Positions 51,057 to 64,000 of a stretch of 64,000 nt of DNA are shown piece by piece. Source of the stretch: Felis catus. Lineage: Eukaryota. Positions within the stretch are counted from its first letter, which is position 1. Every line of letters begins with the position of its first letter. Both the position numbers and the translations under genes were made by a program. The notes under the pieces were generated by a model. It was not told the DNA's origin. It made no database searches and saw only the letters and a list, made by a program, of their open reading frames with translations. The stretch covers positions 49,106,001-49,170,000 of the forward strand of contig NC_058368.1 in assembly GCF_018350175.1 (NCBI RefSeq), written 5' to 3'.

Positions 51057-53722
51057 AAGATACAAAACAGATGAACATAAGGGAGGGGAAGCAAAAATAA
51101 TATAAAAACAGGGAGGGGGACAAAACATAAGAGACTCTTAAATATGGAGAACAAACAGGGTTACCAGAGGGTTGTGGGATGGGGGGATGGGCTAAATGGG
51201 TAAGGGGCATTAAGGAATCTACTCCTGAAATCATTGTTGCACTAAAATTAAATAAAAAATAAAAATAAAAATCATAATTCCTAGACTAGCCATGAGGAAT
51301 GTTATTCTGAAGGCAAACCTTATTCTCTCACGTGAACAAAACAAATGTTACTTGATTGACAATATCCTGCTAAGTCCTACTGTGCATATTTACCTGGAAT
51401 TAATGGCTATCTTAATAAATAAAGTTTTCATACTTGTAATTTATGAAGTCCTATAGTGATTATAAGTCCTACCAATGTATTTATCAGTTCTAATACAAAA
51501 AACAGTGTGGGAAATAAATGGATTTGCCATGGGCGGTACAATGCTGAGAACAAGTGGTTTCTCTTGAATCATTCTGCTTTTATTGGTTCTTTTTGCTTTG
51601 GATATGAAATTGATGGTGAAACAGAGCAGTTATTTTGGCTTAGATTTTCAAATATGTCTCTTCCTTTATTACTTGGCTATTATTTTTTGATCCTTATTCT
51701 AAGGATTCTTCTACACATTTGTCTTTTTATCATATACTATTTTAATTTTATTTGGGAAATTGTTTTTTGAGATGGATGAGACACTAAAAATATATATTCA
51801 AGTTGTCATATCCAGCTCATACTTAATAATCTATATAAAGGCAATTAAATCAATTGAATGGCGTGGGATCCATTGTTAAAAGCCAAAAAGTAGGTTTCCC
51901 TGATTAGCTATGGAAAAGAGAGGAATCATAAGGCTATTCCAGGCATGATAGAGAAGATATTTAGCTTTGTCCTGTAATTAGTATTTTCATAAGGACCATA
52001 ATTATATATTACATTACTTCTCCAGGCCATTGCACACAAAGGGGTCTTTGTGTGAATTTAGAAATAACTGTAATAACACAAATTTTAATGATTGACAGTC
52101 ATGGGGTAAGAAAGATGTAATCATGAACTGATGGCTTTTTTTGTCTGAACAACTTTACTGACTTTCAATATATTACTTGGAATAAATACTTCTTATAGAC
52201 TAAGTAAGTGAGAATATAAACAACATTATCTTCTGAGAAAATAAACAGAAACAAAACCAAAACCAAGAAAGAGAAACACTGAAATATTCTTTTCCTGGAT
52301 GAGTAGTCCTATTCTTTCCAATTACCTAACCTATATAGTTCTTTTTACAGCTTTCTGAATTTAAATCCAGAACCATGAATTAAATAAATAATTATTTCCT
52401 TTTATCTCATCTTCAGGTAGTATACAGTAGTAATTTGAAGACTATGTTCTAAAGAAAAGAAACTAAGCTGAGATACAAACATGCAAGGTATGATGATCAG
52501 GCTTTCCAAATGCAATTTGCTTTGAACTTTAAAATTTACTTCTTATATGCAGAACAACAGAAGCTGAATACACTTCATCTGTAATCCACAAACAGTTCCA
52601 GTTATCCATCTGGAAGCACTGGTCAGGAGTAAGATATATGCATCCCCCCAAAAGGCTGAAAAATCTATTCACTATATTGAATTCAAATTATCAATGGTGT
52701 TTATGCAAAGGTTGAGCTGCAAGGCCAGTTCTGGCATCAGAAAGACCAGTTCATTTTGTACTATAGTGCAAGTTTGATTCGTAAAGCAATTCATAATGTT
52801 TACTGAACGCTTAATAGAGGCCATAAAAGTCCCTTATGGGTCTTGGGTGAAACCTTCTTCTCTTTGTTTTATTTCCTGTCCCAGTTTGAAAGACACCCTC
52901 AATTGTTTTCAGAACTTAAGAACCAAAGTATTTTTCTGATAAGCATATTTCCTTTCTGATAGGCTTAAAATTGGAAATTGCTGTGTGAGAGGGGCTTTAA
53001 AAGTTTTACCTCTATGCCACACCAAAAATCAACGTGATAGAAACTCTACAGAAAACTTTACAAAAAATATATTTGTGGAGAAGACAGTTTTAAAATACAT
53101 CAAAAAAAAAAAAAAAAAGACTTGGACAACTTCAGTCACTACTCTAAACCGGTATTTATTTTATAAGCACGAAAACCTTGCTGTTAACCCACACCAAAAC
53201 AAAATAACACCCTGATTTCTGCACTGAATATCTTCCAGTTTGATCATCTTACTGCTGTGACCGTGCATGTAGGTGGGATATTACTCCCACTGATTTGAAC
53301 TGGTATTTTTCATGGGGAAGAACTGTAAAATCAGATAGCTATAGGAATGCCTCTGTAAACTTTGTAGTAAGGCCATTATATTTCCATTTAACTTTTACAA
53401 TTTTGTCAAATTTTATACATGTAGTTTGAGAAACATCAACAACAAAAAAAGGAGAAATCAATCACAGTATGAAAAATGTATCTCATAAACATATAAATAT
53501 CTTTATTTTAAAATGGAAAGACTATGAGAACCTAATACAACCATGAAAGATTCATAATTTTTACATGAAAAATAGTGATTCCATTAAAACTTATTAATAA
53601 CCTCTAACATGCATGCCAACTTTACCCAGGGATATTTATGAGTGTTGGGAGAAAGAATTATTATACTTTCTTCTTGTTCTTTAAGCAACTAAAAATATTA
53701 TAGTTTGCAATGGAAAATTTAA

Positions 53723-54183
53723 AGTTTTAAAAAAATGTTTATTTATTTTTTGGGGTGCTTGAGTGGCTCAGTTGGTTAAGCATCTGACTTCGGCTCAGGT
53801 CATGATCTCACAGTTTGTGAGTTGGAGCCCCGCATCAGGCTCTATGCTGACAGCTTGGAGCCTGGAGCCTGACTCAGATTCTATGTCTCCCTCTCTCTCT
53901 GCTCCTACCTCGCTTGTGCTCTGTCTCTTGCTGTCTCTCAAAAATGAAATGTTAAAAAAAATTTGTTTTAAAATGTTTATTCTTGAGAGAGAGAGAGGGT
54001 GAGAGAGAGAGTGAGTGAGTGAGTGGAGGAAGGGCAGAGAAAGAGGGAGACACAGAATCAGAAGCAGGTTCCAGGCTCTGAGCTGTCAGCACAGAGCCCT
54101 ACAAGGAGCTAGAACCACAGGCCGCAAGATCACAACCTGAGCTGAAGTTGGACGCTTAACTGACTGAGCCACACAGGTGTCTC
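53723..54183 (-). mobile_element. Can-SINE (outer), tail split by a second SINE
   Basis: 17-bp TSD tgcaatggaaaatttaa at 53706-53722 / 54184-54200. Confidence 0.93.
53752..53968 (+). mobile_element. Can-SINE (inner, opposite orientation)
   Basis: 'ggggtgcttgagtggctcagttggttaagc'; 'aaaatgtttatt' occurs on both sides. Confidence 0.93.
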
Positions 54184-55239
54184 TGCAATGGAAAATTTAA
54201 CAGAAATTAACCTGAAAATTTTCCAGCTGCAAAATTTAGTAGGGATTTCTATACTGTTATAACTAAAATAATTCAGGGAGCAACAAGGGAAAGTAGCAAA
54301 AGAAAATCATTTGTCTCAGAGTTTTCCCCATCTTTAGGCATTATGGTTAGATTTTCTGGGTTAAGACCTGAGTATTGTGATTGTAGGATATACTTTTTTT
54401 TTTAAACATTCTCCTTTATGCCTATTAATACTACTTCAACTACTACTGATAATCATAATATAGAACATATGCATGTATAAGTACTTAAATCAATGCAGAA
54501 CTTACATAAAATAAAGTTAGTATAAGAACTGGCCTTATCTTCAAGTGTCTTAAGGCACAGTCTTTTGTTATATGCGCTGTAATCCTCATATTTCAACAAA
54601 TCATGATGCTTACCTTCACATGACTAAAAATAATGAGCAGCAACAGATATTGAACTTTATATAACATTTATTAATATAAACCAAGATCATGAATGAAAGC
54701 AATAACTACAGCAGTGTCACTAATGAGGAAATATTTTTAAATGTTATGGATTTAATAGCACACAGACCTTGGCTGACACAATTTAAAATGACAGATAAAA
54801 TTTAAAGACTAATATTTTACTTTTATGATCAATAAATTATCAGTAGTCATGTCATACAGAGCCTAGTCATTAATATAATTTTAAAAATTTGGTATTAATG
54901 CAACATAGTTAACTCTTTATACCTAAAACTATTTTTTCTTTGAAATATGTACTCTCTATTAACAGTATAGGTGAATGCATGGTTGCATTTTTGTTTCAAA
55001 AAAAGTTTATCAGTATGTAAATGTCAATTTGCTTCATTATAACTCATTATGTACAAATATACATGAGCATAGATGCATATCCCTGTATATTATCTCTATA
55101 GAGAAATGAAAATAATAGTATTTGTCAAATGATTATTATGCTAAGGACTTAATTGATATGATTACATGTACTCTTACCCCAAATCCTTTGAGGTAGGTGC
55201 TATTATTACTATTGCTATTGTAATTTCAGTTACCATTAT

Positions 55240-55620
55240 TATTTACTAATAATTATTAATAACATTAATATTATTATATTAATATAATTTATCATAGTCA
55301 AATTTATTGTATAATATATTATATACAATATTATATACAATACTATATGCAATATAAATTAAATTACATTGTATATAATTATAGACAATATAATTTAAAT
55401 TATATAACATATTATATATAATATATTATTATATATAAATTATACAATATGACATTATATACAATATAATTTAAATTATATAACATTATAACATTATAAT
55501 ATGACATTATATATAATTTAAATTATGTAATATAACATATAACATTATATATACAATATAATTTAAGTTATATAATTATATAATATATTATAATATAATA
55601 TTAATTATTATTATTATTAA
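55240..55620. repeat. AT-rich low-complexity / degenerate minisatellite
   Basis: Recurring 'tatacaatataatttaaattatataacatta'-like units, almost no G. Confidence 0.85.
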
Positions 55621-55806
55621 AGTAATTTGCCAAAGATTACATTGCTAGTAATCAATTAGATTCTAGGCCTACATTTCTTGCCATCAGGTACTCTGCCTTT
55701 CCTCTGTCTTTAACTATCTATACTACCTCTTCACTAAAGTCATACCTAGAATCTCCATGACTGAGCTCTGGGGTTTCACAAACATGTTTAGTCATAAGCG
55801 AAAAAT

Positions 55807-55945
55807 GGGGCACCTGGCTGGCTCAGTAAGTAGAGCATGCAACTCTTGATCTTGGGGTTGTAAGTTTGAGCCCCACATTGAGAGTAGAGATTACTTACAA
55901 AAAAATAAGTAAAATTGAATAAAAATTAAATAAAACTAAATAAAT
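55807..55945 (+). mobile_element. Short Can-SINE variant lacking the (CT)n tract
   Basis: 'ggggcacctggctggctcagtaagtagagcatgcaactcttgatcttgggg...gtagagattactta' plus A-rich tail. Confidence 0.88.
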
Positions 55946-57184
55946 GGGAGGGAAAACCCCCAAAATCTTTAAATTTCCCAATATTATTCAGTCTCAGGTG
56001 GTAGAAAGAAGTCCTTCAATGTCAATATTTTGCTTTGAAAAAGTAGATGGCCCCAAGTATGAGCTACAACTATATCCCTTAAGTTGAGATGCCCTTTACT
56101 TAAGGCATCAGGGTTGAAGGAAAGTAAAAAGGTTTAAAGAAAAACATTGTCTTCCCAGTTGCAAAATGTTGCTTATTCTTACTTGGCTTGTGTTTATATG
56201 AAAGAATACGTTTTCCTATCAGGGCAAATAGAAGAGAACTTTGTGAGAGGGAGAAGCATAGGGTACAATGAAAGCCAATACTTCATGTTTCATAGGTGAG
56301 AAAGCATCAATTTCATAGAGTTTGTATATGTTAAATAATCCTTGCTCAGACCTACAGTCATTCAAGAGGGGCACAAACATTCAGGAACCCCATATTCCTG
56401 AGAATACAGGAATGCTGCATATGTAATGAAACACTGTGATTTTATAATGCTCCTGTAATTTAGAAGTGCTTCAAAACACACTACTGAACTCAGTGTTTTG
56501 GATTGACATTAGAAGTGATGCACGTGGTGACTCTCTTTATGTCTATATTCTTCAGTGCATTGAGAGAAACAGACCAAATGATCTCCAAGTTTCTTCCAGT
56601 TCTAAATCTACAATTCTAGCTACTTTGTTCTCTGTCAGTGAAGCTGTGACTATCCACCCTCCACAGACCCCTCATTCTGCCCTTACTCCCCACTCAAACT
56701 CTGTCCCTCTCTGATGTCTACCACTGCTTCTAAACTGATCTCGATTTTCTCTGATTTTTTATAAATTGCTGTTTATAGTAAGATTTCACCATGGCTGTCA
56801 TGTTGCTTACATTGTTTTAGGTATTTACTAGTACATCGTATTTATTATATTAAAGTAACTTGATTCTTTCTAGTTGAGCTGCCTGGAGGATAGAGACTTA
56901 AGTGCATCTCATCTAGCAAATAAGTGGAGAATTCTCATGAGTTCTGCACAGTAGATACTAGTAATGAGACATACAAACAAGAAAAGATGCATTTTCCAGA
57001 ATCAAATAAGATGTCAGTATGCAAAATAGAAAAATAGAATCAACAGAATGAGATTAACAACAGAACCTATCAACAGAGATAATGAAAGCAGAATCTTACT
57101 AAAATGCCAAAATTGTCTTATCTTTAGAACTTTTGGCAGCTCTGCCTATTGGAAAATAAGAACTTGGAACAATGTATGATACAT

Positions 57185-57311
57185 ACTAATATAATATAAT
57201 ATAATATATTATAATATAATATAAATTAGATTATTTAAATATAAATACATACATATACACACACACATACACACACACACACATATATATATATATCTAT
57301 ATATGTATCTA

Positions 57312-57358
<47 letters not shown>
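57185..57358. repeat. (TAATA)n/(CA)n/(TA)n compound microsatellite
   Basis: Directly visible. Confidence 0.92.
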
Positions 57359-57363
<5 letters not shown>

Positions 57364-57392
57364 CTATTCTGGATGATACAAGTAGATACAAA

Positions 57393-57598
57393 TTATTTTT
57401 ATTTACTTTTAATTTTTATTTTTTAGAGAGAGAGAGTGCATGAGTTGGATAGAGGGGGAGAAGGAGAGAGAGAATCTTAAGCAGGCTCCATGTTCAGCAC
57501 AGATCCCAACCTGAGGCTTCATCTCACAACGCCAGGATCATGACCTGAGCCAAAATGAAGAGTCGGATGCTCACCCCACTGAGCCACCCAGGTGCCCC
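57393..57598 (-). mobile_element. Can-SINE (older)
   Basis: 'gagagaatcttaagcaggctccatg...gagccacccaggtgcccc'. Confidence 0.92.
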
Positions 57599-57615
57599 TA
57601 TGCCCACTGATTTTT

Positions 57616-57844
57616 TTTTTCAACTTTTATTTTATTTTATTTTTTTAATTTATTTTTGAGACAGAGAGAGACAGAGCATGAACAGGGGAGGGGCAGAGAG
57701 AGAGAGGGAGACACAGAGTCGGAAACAGGCTCCAGGCTCCGAGCCATCAGCCCAGAGCCTGACGCCGGGCTCGAACTCACGGACCGCGAGATCGTGACCT
57801 GGCTGAAGTCGGACGCTTAACCGACTGCGCCACCCAGGCGCCCG
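57616..57844 (-). mobile_element. Very young, CpG-rich felid Can-SINE
   Basis: 'cgactgcgccacccaggcgccc'; TSD atgcccactgattttt at 57600-57615 / 57845-57860. Confidence 0.97.
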
Positions 57845-59299
57845 ATGCCCACTGATTTTTAAAAACACTATAGAAATTATGCAGAGAAGACCTTCGGAAT
57901 ATGTTCACTGAGTTATCAGTTAATAGGTTTAAAAAATTTTTTCTGAATAATGACTTAGAGGCAAAAATAGCCACTATAAAAGGAAAAAAGCCCCCAAGTA
58001 TCTAACATAATAGCATTATGGCCTATAAGCCCCTAATTATATTAATCAATCCAGAAAATCAAGCCAAGTAAAACTGATGTGATGATAGAAACAGCAAACA
58101 CATTTTCAGGTAATGAATAATCGTGTGTCACTGTAGACTATCAGCTGAGGTTAGAAATAGCAGTTTTTTTCTGGATTTATCAACATCTTATATGGGGTTA
58201 CCATGACTTTACCCCTTCAATAAATCACTGCTAATTTTTAGATCTTTGTTGGTCCTGGATATTATTGGAACTTGTGTTAACTTCTACAGACTCTCTGAGT
58301 GAGACACTTTAACTTGTATTTCCATTAACTGCTAATTAGTACTCGAAGAAAAGTTTAGAAATAGAGGACCTCTTGTTTAGTCCAGTCAAGTCATATTTAA
58401 GAAAACACTGGAAATTGGCATTTCCTTTGGATGCTACATGAAGAATGCCATCCAAAAATTAGGTCCTGATATCTTACTTGGGAAACATCCAAGAATCTTT
58501 CATTTAAGAATAATCTATTCACCAATGTACTGGATTATTTCTAAAAAATTTACCCCAAATCGGATTATGTTCCTTGTTTCACCTCTCCTTCCCTAATGGC
58601 TATTCCTCCCTACCCTTCTCTCTTCTCTTCCTTTTCTTTTTAAGCTCAGAGACACTATAAATCTCTTCATACTAAATATTTTTAACAAAACCCTTAAATT
58701 CTGAGTTTCCACAGGCTCTTCTGAGTTGCACTTCCCTTCTATTCTTCTCTAACAACCTTTATGAAAGACTTTACCAGAAACACTTTATTTGCTTTCTGCC
58801 TCCCAGTACTTCATATTTTCTTTTCAGTTTTTTTTTTTTAATGTCATGGCACACATAGAAAATGGTAAGTGGCTAAAGCTGTCAACGGCTATGTCTCAGA
58901 GGATCCAGCTGTCCAAGGCCCATCCTGACTATCCCAAAGTGCTGAGAGAGTCGGTAACATGGCATGCTCATAACCCTGCCAGGGCTCACCACTGTGCTGA
59001 GGTACAACTGAGGGACACTGCTCAATTCAACTCACACCATCCTGTGTTCTGCCTCTAATGCAAACCTGACCTGTTTCTTCACCCAAGCTCACTTAAGATT
59101 TCTTTGCTATTCAACATAGGTTTTTGCTGACCTTACTTTGTGGAAAATAAACATTTACTGTTCGCCTCTTTTTCCTAAAGAGCTTGCGTCCCTTTATTTT
59201 ATAATCCCATTCTATACTTCCCTTTCTACTTACACTGGACACATTTTATGTGCCACCTTAGATCCCTTTGGCTCTCTTTTACTTCAGCAATGGCTGTAG

Positions 59300-61524
59300 C
59301 GATCAGTGGAAACCTCATGCCACGTAATCTAGAGATCTTATGGTGCTAAAGGACCTTGCAATGGAAACAAAATTCACGTGCCTCTTTGGTAAACCCCATT
59401 AGGAAGGCTAGTTCTAGAAAGCTCCCTGGGTTCTGAGCAGGGCATGCTCTCTGCTGCAGAGAACTACTCATGTGTGGAAAAGCAGTTTTTGGCATGTCGC
59501 TGGGATCAGTAGAGACTGAGTGTCTCACCATAGGCAACTAAGTGACTATGAGATCAGAGACACTATCACCAGTTGAGTGCTGGCAAATCTACCAATACAT
59601 AAGTTTGGGCTACTGCAGCAGCAATGTACAATATGATGGGTGATTCATTTGGAAATGGGCCTGAGCAGCCTGGGGGAACCATGTAAGTTTTAGGAGCATG
59701 TAGCCCAGATTCCTATGGCAGCTACAGTAGTCACGATGATGCATCTCTTGCATCTCTTTCTATTTGTTCCTATGGCTTCATGGTGGGGTCCCTATGACTG
59801 ACTCATACAGAAGGTAAAACAAAGGCCTAAGTCACAGATGGGTCATTCCTGATATCTTGACCTCGTCACCACATTATAAGCTGACTCAGAGGTCCCTGAA
59901 GGTCCCATTGGTAAAGGGAAACCTTCCCAATGGACAGAACGATAAGCTGTGAAATGGTCATTTATGCACCTTGTTTAGAGGCAGATGTGGACTGAGATAC
60001 ACATATACAAAGTTTCCTGCCCGGGAGTGAATGGCTTAGCTGGTTAATCCAGAGATAGGAGGGAACAATACTAGAAGATTGGAAACAAAGAAGCTTGGGG
60101 GGAAAGACATATGGATGGACAACTGGGAAGGACCCAAAGTGTGGGAATTTTTGTATTTGGTGTTAATGTTGATCAGAGACTGTCCTCAACAGAAGACCAT
60201 TAAAAAAACACATAAGCAGGTAGATTTGTCCTGTGACCGTCAGCCCACTTCTGTCTGGGACCTAGTGCTTGTGCAATAGGCCCATGAGGAGTGTGACCCC
60301 AGATGTTGGTTATGGAACTATTGCCTCTCAGCTCCAAATTTACTCTTTTTTGCTTACTTTGCAAAAACAAATCTGGGTCTTTTAAATATTTGTCCTTTGC
60401 CAGATGGCACAGTGTGTTGTCACTCTAGAGAGTGGCAGAGACCCTGCCAGAGCAAACAGGGTTCCTTCTCCGCTCCATTGTGCTTGTTGGTAGTTTGCTG
60501 GCTTCTCCAGCCTTGGCCCTTGCATTGCAGAGCCGTCAGCGGCACCCAGCAACCTCCAGCTTCCTCTTTCTTCAATAGTTTTGTAGCCCAGTGCCTTTGG
60601 TACTGGGGTACACTTCTCCATGAGCAGCTTACCCCAACACATTACAGAACAAATTTCCAGCAAGTTCTGCTGGCTTGACACCACAGTCACTTTACTGCCA
60701 TCCAGAGAGCCACAGCTGTGTTCTCGTCAATAAGATCTTGTTTATATCCCCGGGGTTGGAGGGCTTTTTCTTTGGGTGCTCTATCTCAGTCCTAGGGGTA
60801 GTGGATGCTCCTTATGTCTGCCATCCTTGTATTTTTTAGATTTCTCTTTATTTGTTACTAGCCTATCCCACATTACTCAAATACTCCCTTACAGCTAATA
60901 ATTCTCTTTTTTCAGTCATACTGTGGTAAGATTGACAAATGAAAATTACATATAGAATTAAAGTGTTCAACTTGATCTTTTGATATATGTATACATTGTA
61001 AAATGAACACCACAATCAAGATATAGTTAATAATTCTTTATGCTAAACTTTCCCTGTTCAAATTAGGCTATGATTTACCTTTCCCAAGTGGACCCAACCT
61101 AATAAACCATGGTAGCCGAAAAGAGAGTTATCCATGAGCCCAACTGAATGGTCTCCCTCTCGCTAAGCCTGACCTTGCTACTGGCATTGCCGAATGCCCT
61201 TTCAGCAGCGGCAGAAACCAGTGCAGAGACTTTGTTCCGGCTCCAACCTTGAGGATTCCAGCCGGTCACTTGGTGGCAAGTTGATTGCTGTCAGACCCCA
61301 AGGAGTAAATCTAAGTTCTGCCCAGTGATAGCTGTAAATGAGCAACTGCAGCAGTCACAATGCAGTAAGAAGGAAGCAACTGTGAGCTCCATCTTGCCCA
61401 TCAGGTGAGTGAACGAGCTAAAGCCACTTAAGCACGGACTTAGGATGAGAGACATCTTGAGTGGGTGGTAGAAGACAAAGTTGGTGGATATTAACAGAGA
61501 CATTAAGAGGACATTAGCTGGGAT
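59300..61524 (+). mobile_element. Decayed ERVL internal region (pol RNase H and integrase remnants), split by an LTR
   Basis: 59911-60120 translates GKGKPSQWTER*AV...VNGLAG*...KIGNKEAWG (ERVL RNase H, cf. GKSSQWAELRAV); 61108-61300 gives GLPLAKPDLATGIAECP...VTWWQVD (integrase N-terminus). Confidence 0.8.
60304..61106 (+). mobile_element. LTR41/LTR33-like ERVL solo LTR, itself containing a short antisense L1 3' fragment (~60905-61025)
   Basis: 'tgttggttatggaactattgcctctcagctccaaa...ttccctgttcaaatta...tggacccaacctaata'; inner fragment flanked by ag(c/t)taataattct. Confidence 0.75.
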
Positions 61525-61955
61525 TGTAGCTTGTTCCACTTACCCTGGTATATTTTGTTTTGTCTCTGAAGATTGCAAACAGCTCCATGTGATTGTGTTT
61601 AACGCAGTGCATGAGTAGATAGGAGTGGGGTTAAGGAACAGACCTATGTGTGTCCCACCGCTTGTCCTCGTGATCTTCCTTTTCACTCCAAGTATTGCTG
61701 TGGCACCCAGTTGCACACAGTGGTAAAGTGAAAGCATCTTGCCTCATATACCTCTCTCTTTCTATCCCTGGGCTTCCCTCCTACCACCTTAGGAGATAGC
61801 TACGTGAACCCTTTCAGTCATTCTGAAACAAGCACGAACCTGGATATATGAGACAACTAACAACCCCAGGGGCACACCTTGACCATGGGGACCCAAACCT
61901 ATGAATAAATGCTTCCTCTTGATGTCCCTTGGGGTGGACAATATCTCCATCTGAA
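61525..61955 (+). mobile_element. LTR16-like 3' LTR fragment of the ERVL element
   Basis: Starts 'tgtagc' after a purine-rich tract; 'ccttgaccatgggg...aataaatgcttcc...gggtggacaat'. Confidence 0.6.
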
Positions 61956-64000
61956 ATGTTTTTTTGAAAATTCATTTTTTAAGACTTTACCAGTAACACA
62001 GTGTTAAGTATCTTTTTATTCTTGGTGATTTTTCTTTATTCTTATTTATTCTTTTCTTTATTCTTTATTCTTATCTCTTTATTTTTGGTAATTGATTCTG
62101 GGGAAACTTTCATTCCCATGAGAATATTAAAATGCAGTTGGCTAATGTTTATATTGGAGTGTCACATATCTCTCATAGAGTTTAATTGTCTAGAGATTTT
62201 TGTAGTTGGTAGGAACAAACATCATGTTTGGTACACTGTTTTTCTCCCCAGGGTAGGGGTAGTTATAGAATAGGAAGATAAAGAATGAGGGAAGGAGCAA
62301 AGTGTGAATCATTAGTGCCAAAGCACAACCTTAAAATACCTTCTTCTCATCTTTCTTAATTTCTTCATCTGTGTGTTGTTTATTTTTTATTTCCTACATA
62401 TTTTTGCATACCTCCTTAAGTACTCTCGGGAACAAGGTAGGAAGAGGGCTACTTTTCTTTATTTAGAAAGGTGAAATTAATTAGAAAATTATACATTATG
62501 TAAGAAACAATAGGCAGTTTGTGGTCATGAGTCTAGTAGAAGTAATTTGCTGCTAAGAAAAACTTTAGCTCACATGTCATTAATTAAGTTAGTAAAACAA
62601 GAATTGTAGCTACACAGATGGTGAATTATTCTCAAGCAATCCTGGCTCTAGCTGAAATGACCTATTTTCCAAGTGTGAGCATACCTGTGTCTATTACCTT
62701 ATAGGTCAGTCTTTTATCAGAAGCGGTAGTTGGCATCATTATTGAGGTAAATAAAGACACATTCTAAATATTACCAGAGAACCCTGATTTGAAGGCTTTT
62801 TTAAAAAAGAATTATCTGATTCAAAATAATCCGGGGTAATTATTCCTAAAAGCATTGATGGTTTTTTTTTTATTACCATCATAGATCAAAATGAAACTCC
62901 TTCCTGAAAATACATTATTTCTCTAAAATGTCCCGGATCAAGTGGAATATAGTTATTGGGCCTCACATATTAAACTCTTTATTTTTGTTCTGGATTGAAG
63001 CCAAACAACAATAATTGCTTCTATGCATTGCCTAGAAGCAGGTGACTCTGCCATCTGGATATGTGTCCCCCACTTCACTGAGCAGGGCTCTGATAAAATG
63101 CTATATTCCTGGCCTCCAGGCAAAGCATAGTATGGGGAGTAAGCAGCCCTATAGATCCTGGTAATAACTTTTCTTTCCCTTTGGGATTTACAGTCTGCTT
63201 CCATTTTGTGAAGATTTTAAAGAAAAGATCCAGGATATGGGAATTGAAATGTGGCCATTGTCCCAGATATTCAAGTTTTGTTTGCCGCTGAAATATTTCA
63301 GGATACTAGAGATTCTTTATTTTCTGGTTGTGATCCAGAGAGCTTTCATAGTTATAGTTCCATAAAAGATTGCTGGGAAGCCTGCTGAATCTACCAGTGC
63401 AGATCGTGAATGGGAAAGCTGTGTTCCATCTGGGGGTTCCTTTCTTGATCAAGTCTAAATGCAGTTCCAGCAAACCAAAGAGAGTAGGAGGTTGCCCTGA
63501 CACAAGCTATTCATCTTTCTCTTTCCATGTTTGGCTTAATGGTCCATTTCCCCAAAATTCCTTCACTTTCTCTTTTCAGATAAAAAAATATTACTATGTT
63601 GGTCTTGTTTCTCTCTGTGACACGTATGCTTTTCCTCTTATGTGTTATTTCTTAATCCAATTGGTTGGAATCACACAAAATTCACTAGGAGGGCAGTCAC
63701 TGGCTGCCTTGTAGCCATTACTTGACAAGGCTGTAATTAGTTGAGCCATTTTACACCTGCTTTCCCAGCTGGGCACTGCGTTTTGCTTTGCAGTCATCTG
63801 TCTCAGAATTGAAAGGGCACTGCTTGAGGAATGAACTCACAATATCCAGCAACAATATGAAATTGTACACATTCCACATTGTAGAGAACTTACAGCAAGG
63901 AGAACTCATTCATTTACTCATTCATTCATTCAGCTATCCATTCACTGTTTTTTTTCTTGCAAGTGTATCTTTCTTCTACCATTTAAGTCTTTCTATAGTT

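Larger units (their letters stand above)
49063..51265 (+). mobile_element. 5'-inverted carnivore L1 (inverted part ~49063-49656 on -, direct part ~49654-51265 on +)
   Basis: Minus-strand ORF2 peptide [21 protein letters not shown]; + strand ORF2 end and 3' UTR; single 16-bp TSD taaaaatcataattcc at 49047-49062 / 51266-51281. Confidence 0.95.

Noticed and set aside
62950..63714. Cluster of 65-114 aa ORFs in unique sequence
   Set aside because: No recognisable domain or collinear motif series, unlike 29426-30541; consistent with chance ORFs.

Overview
This is AT-rich mammalian genomic DNA, not prokaryotic. The tRNA-derived Can-SINEs and cat-type L1 3' ends point to a felid (cat-family carnivore). 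I could not support any host protein-coding exon, so the window reads as intergenic or deep-intronic. It is dominated by layered transposable elements: young Can-SINEs and L1s with target-site duplications (TSDs), ancient L1M/L2/MIR fragments, a two-LTR MaLR provirus, a decayed ERVL pol region, solo LTRs, and hAT MITEs with 8-bp TSDs. The standout is a ~1.1 kb non-TE segment on the minus strand (29426-30541). Its decayed translation follows the bornavirus nucleoprotein (N) in motif order and length, making it a candidate endogenous bornavirus-like N element (EBLN). That call rests on a by-eye comparison with the BoDV-1 N sequence as I recall it and needs a profile search. Repeat subfamily names are also from recall; boundaries without TSDs are approximate.
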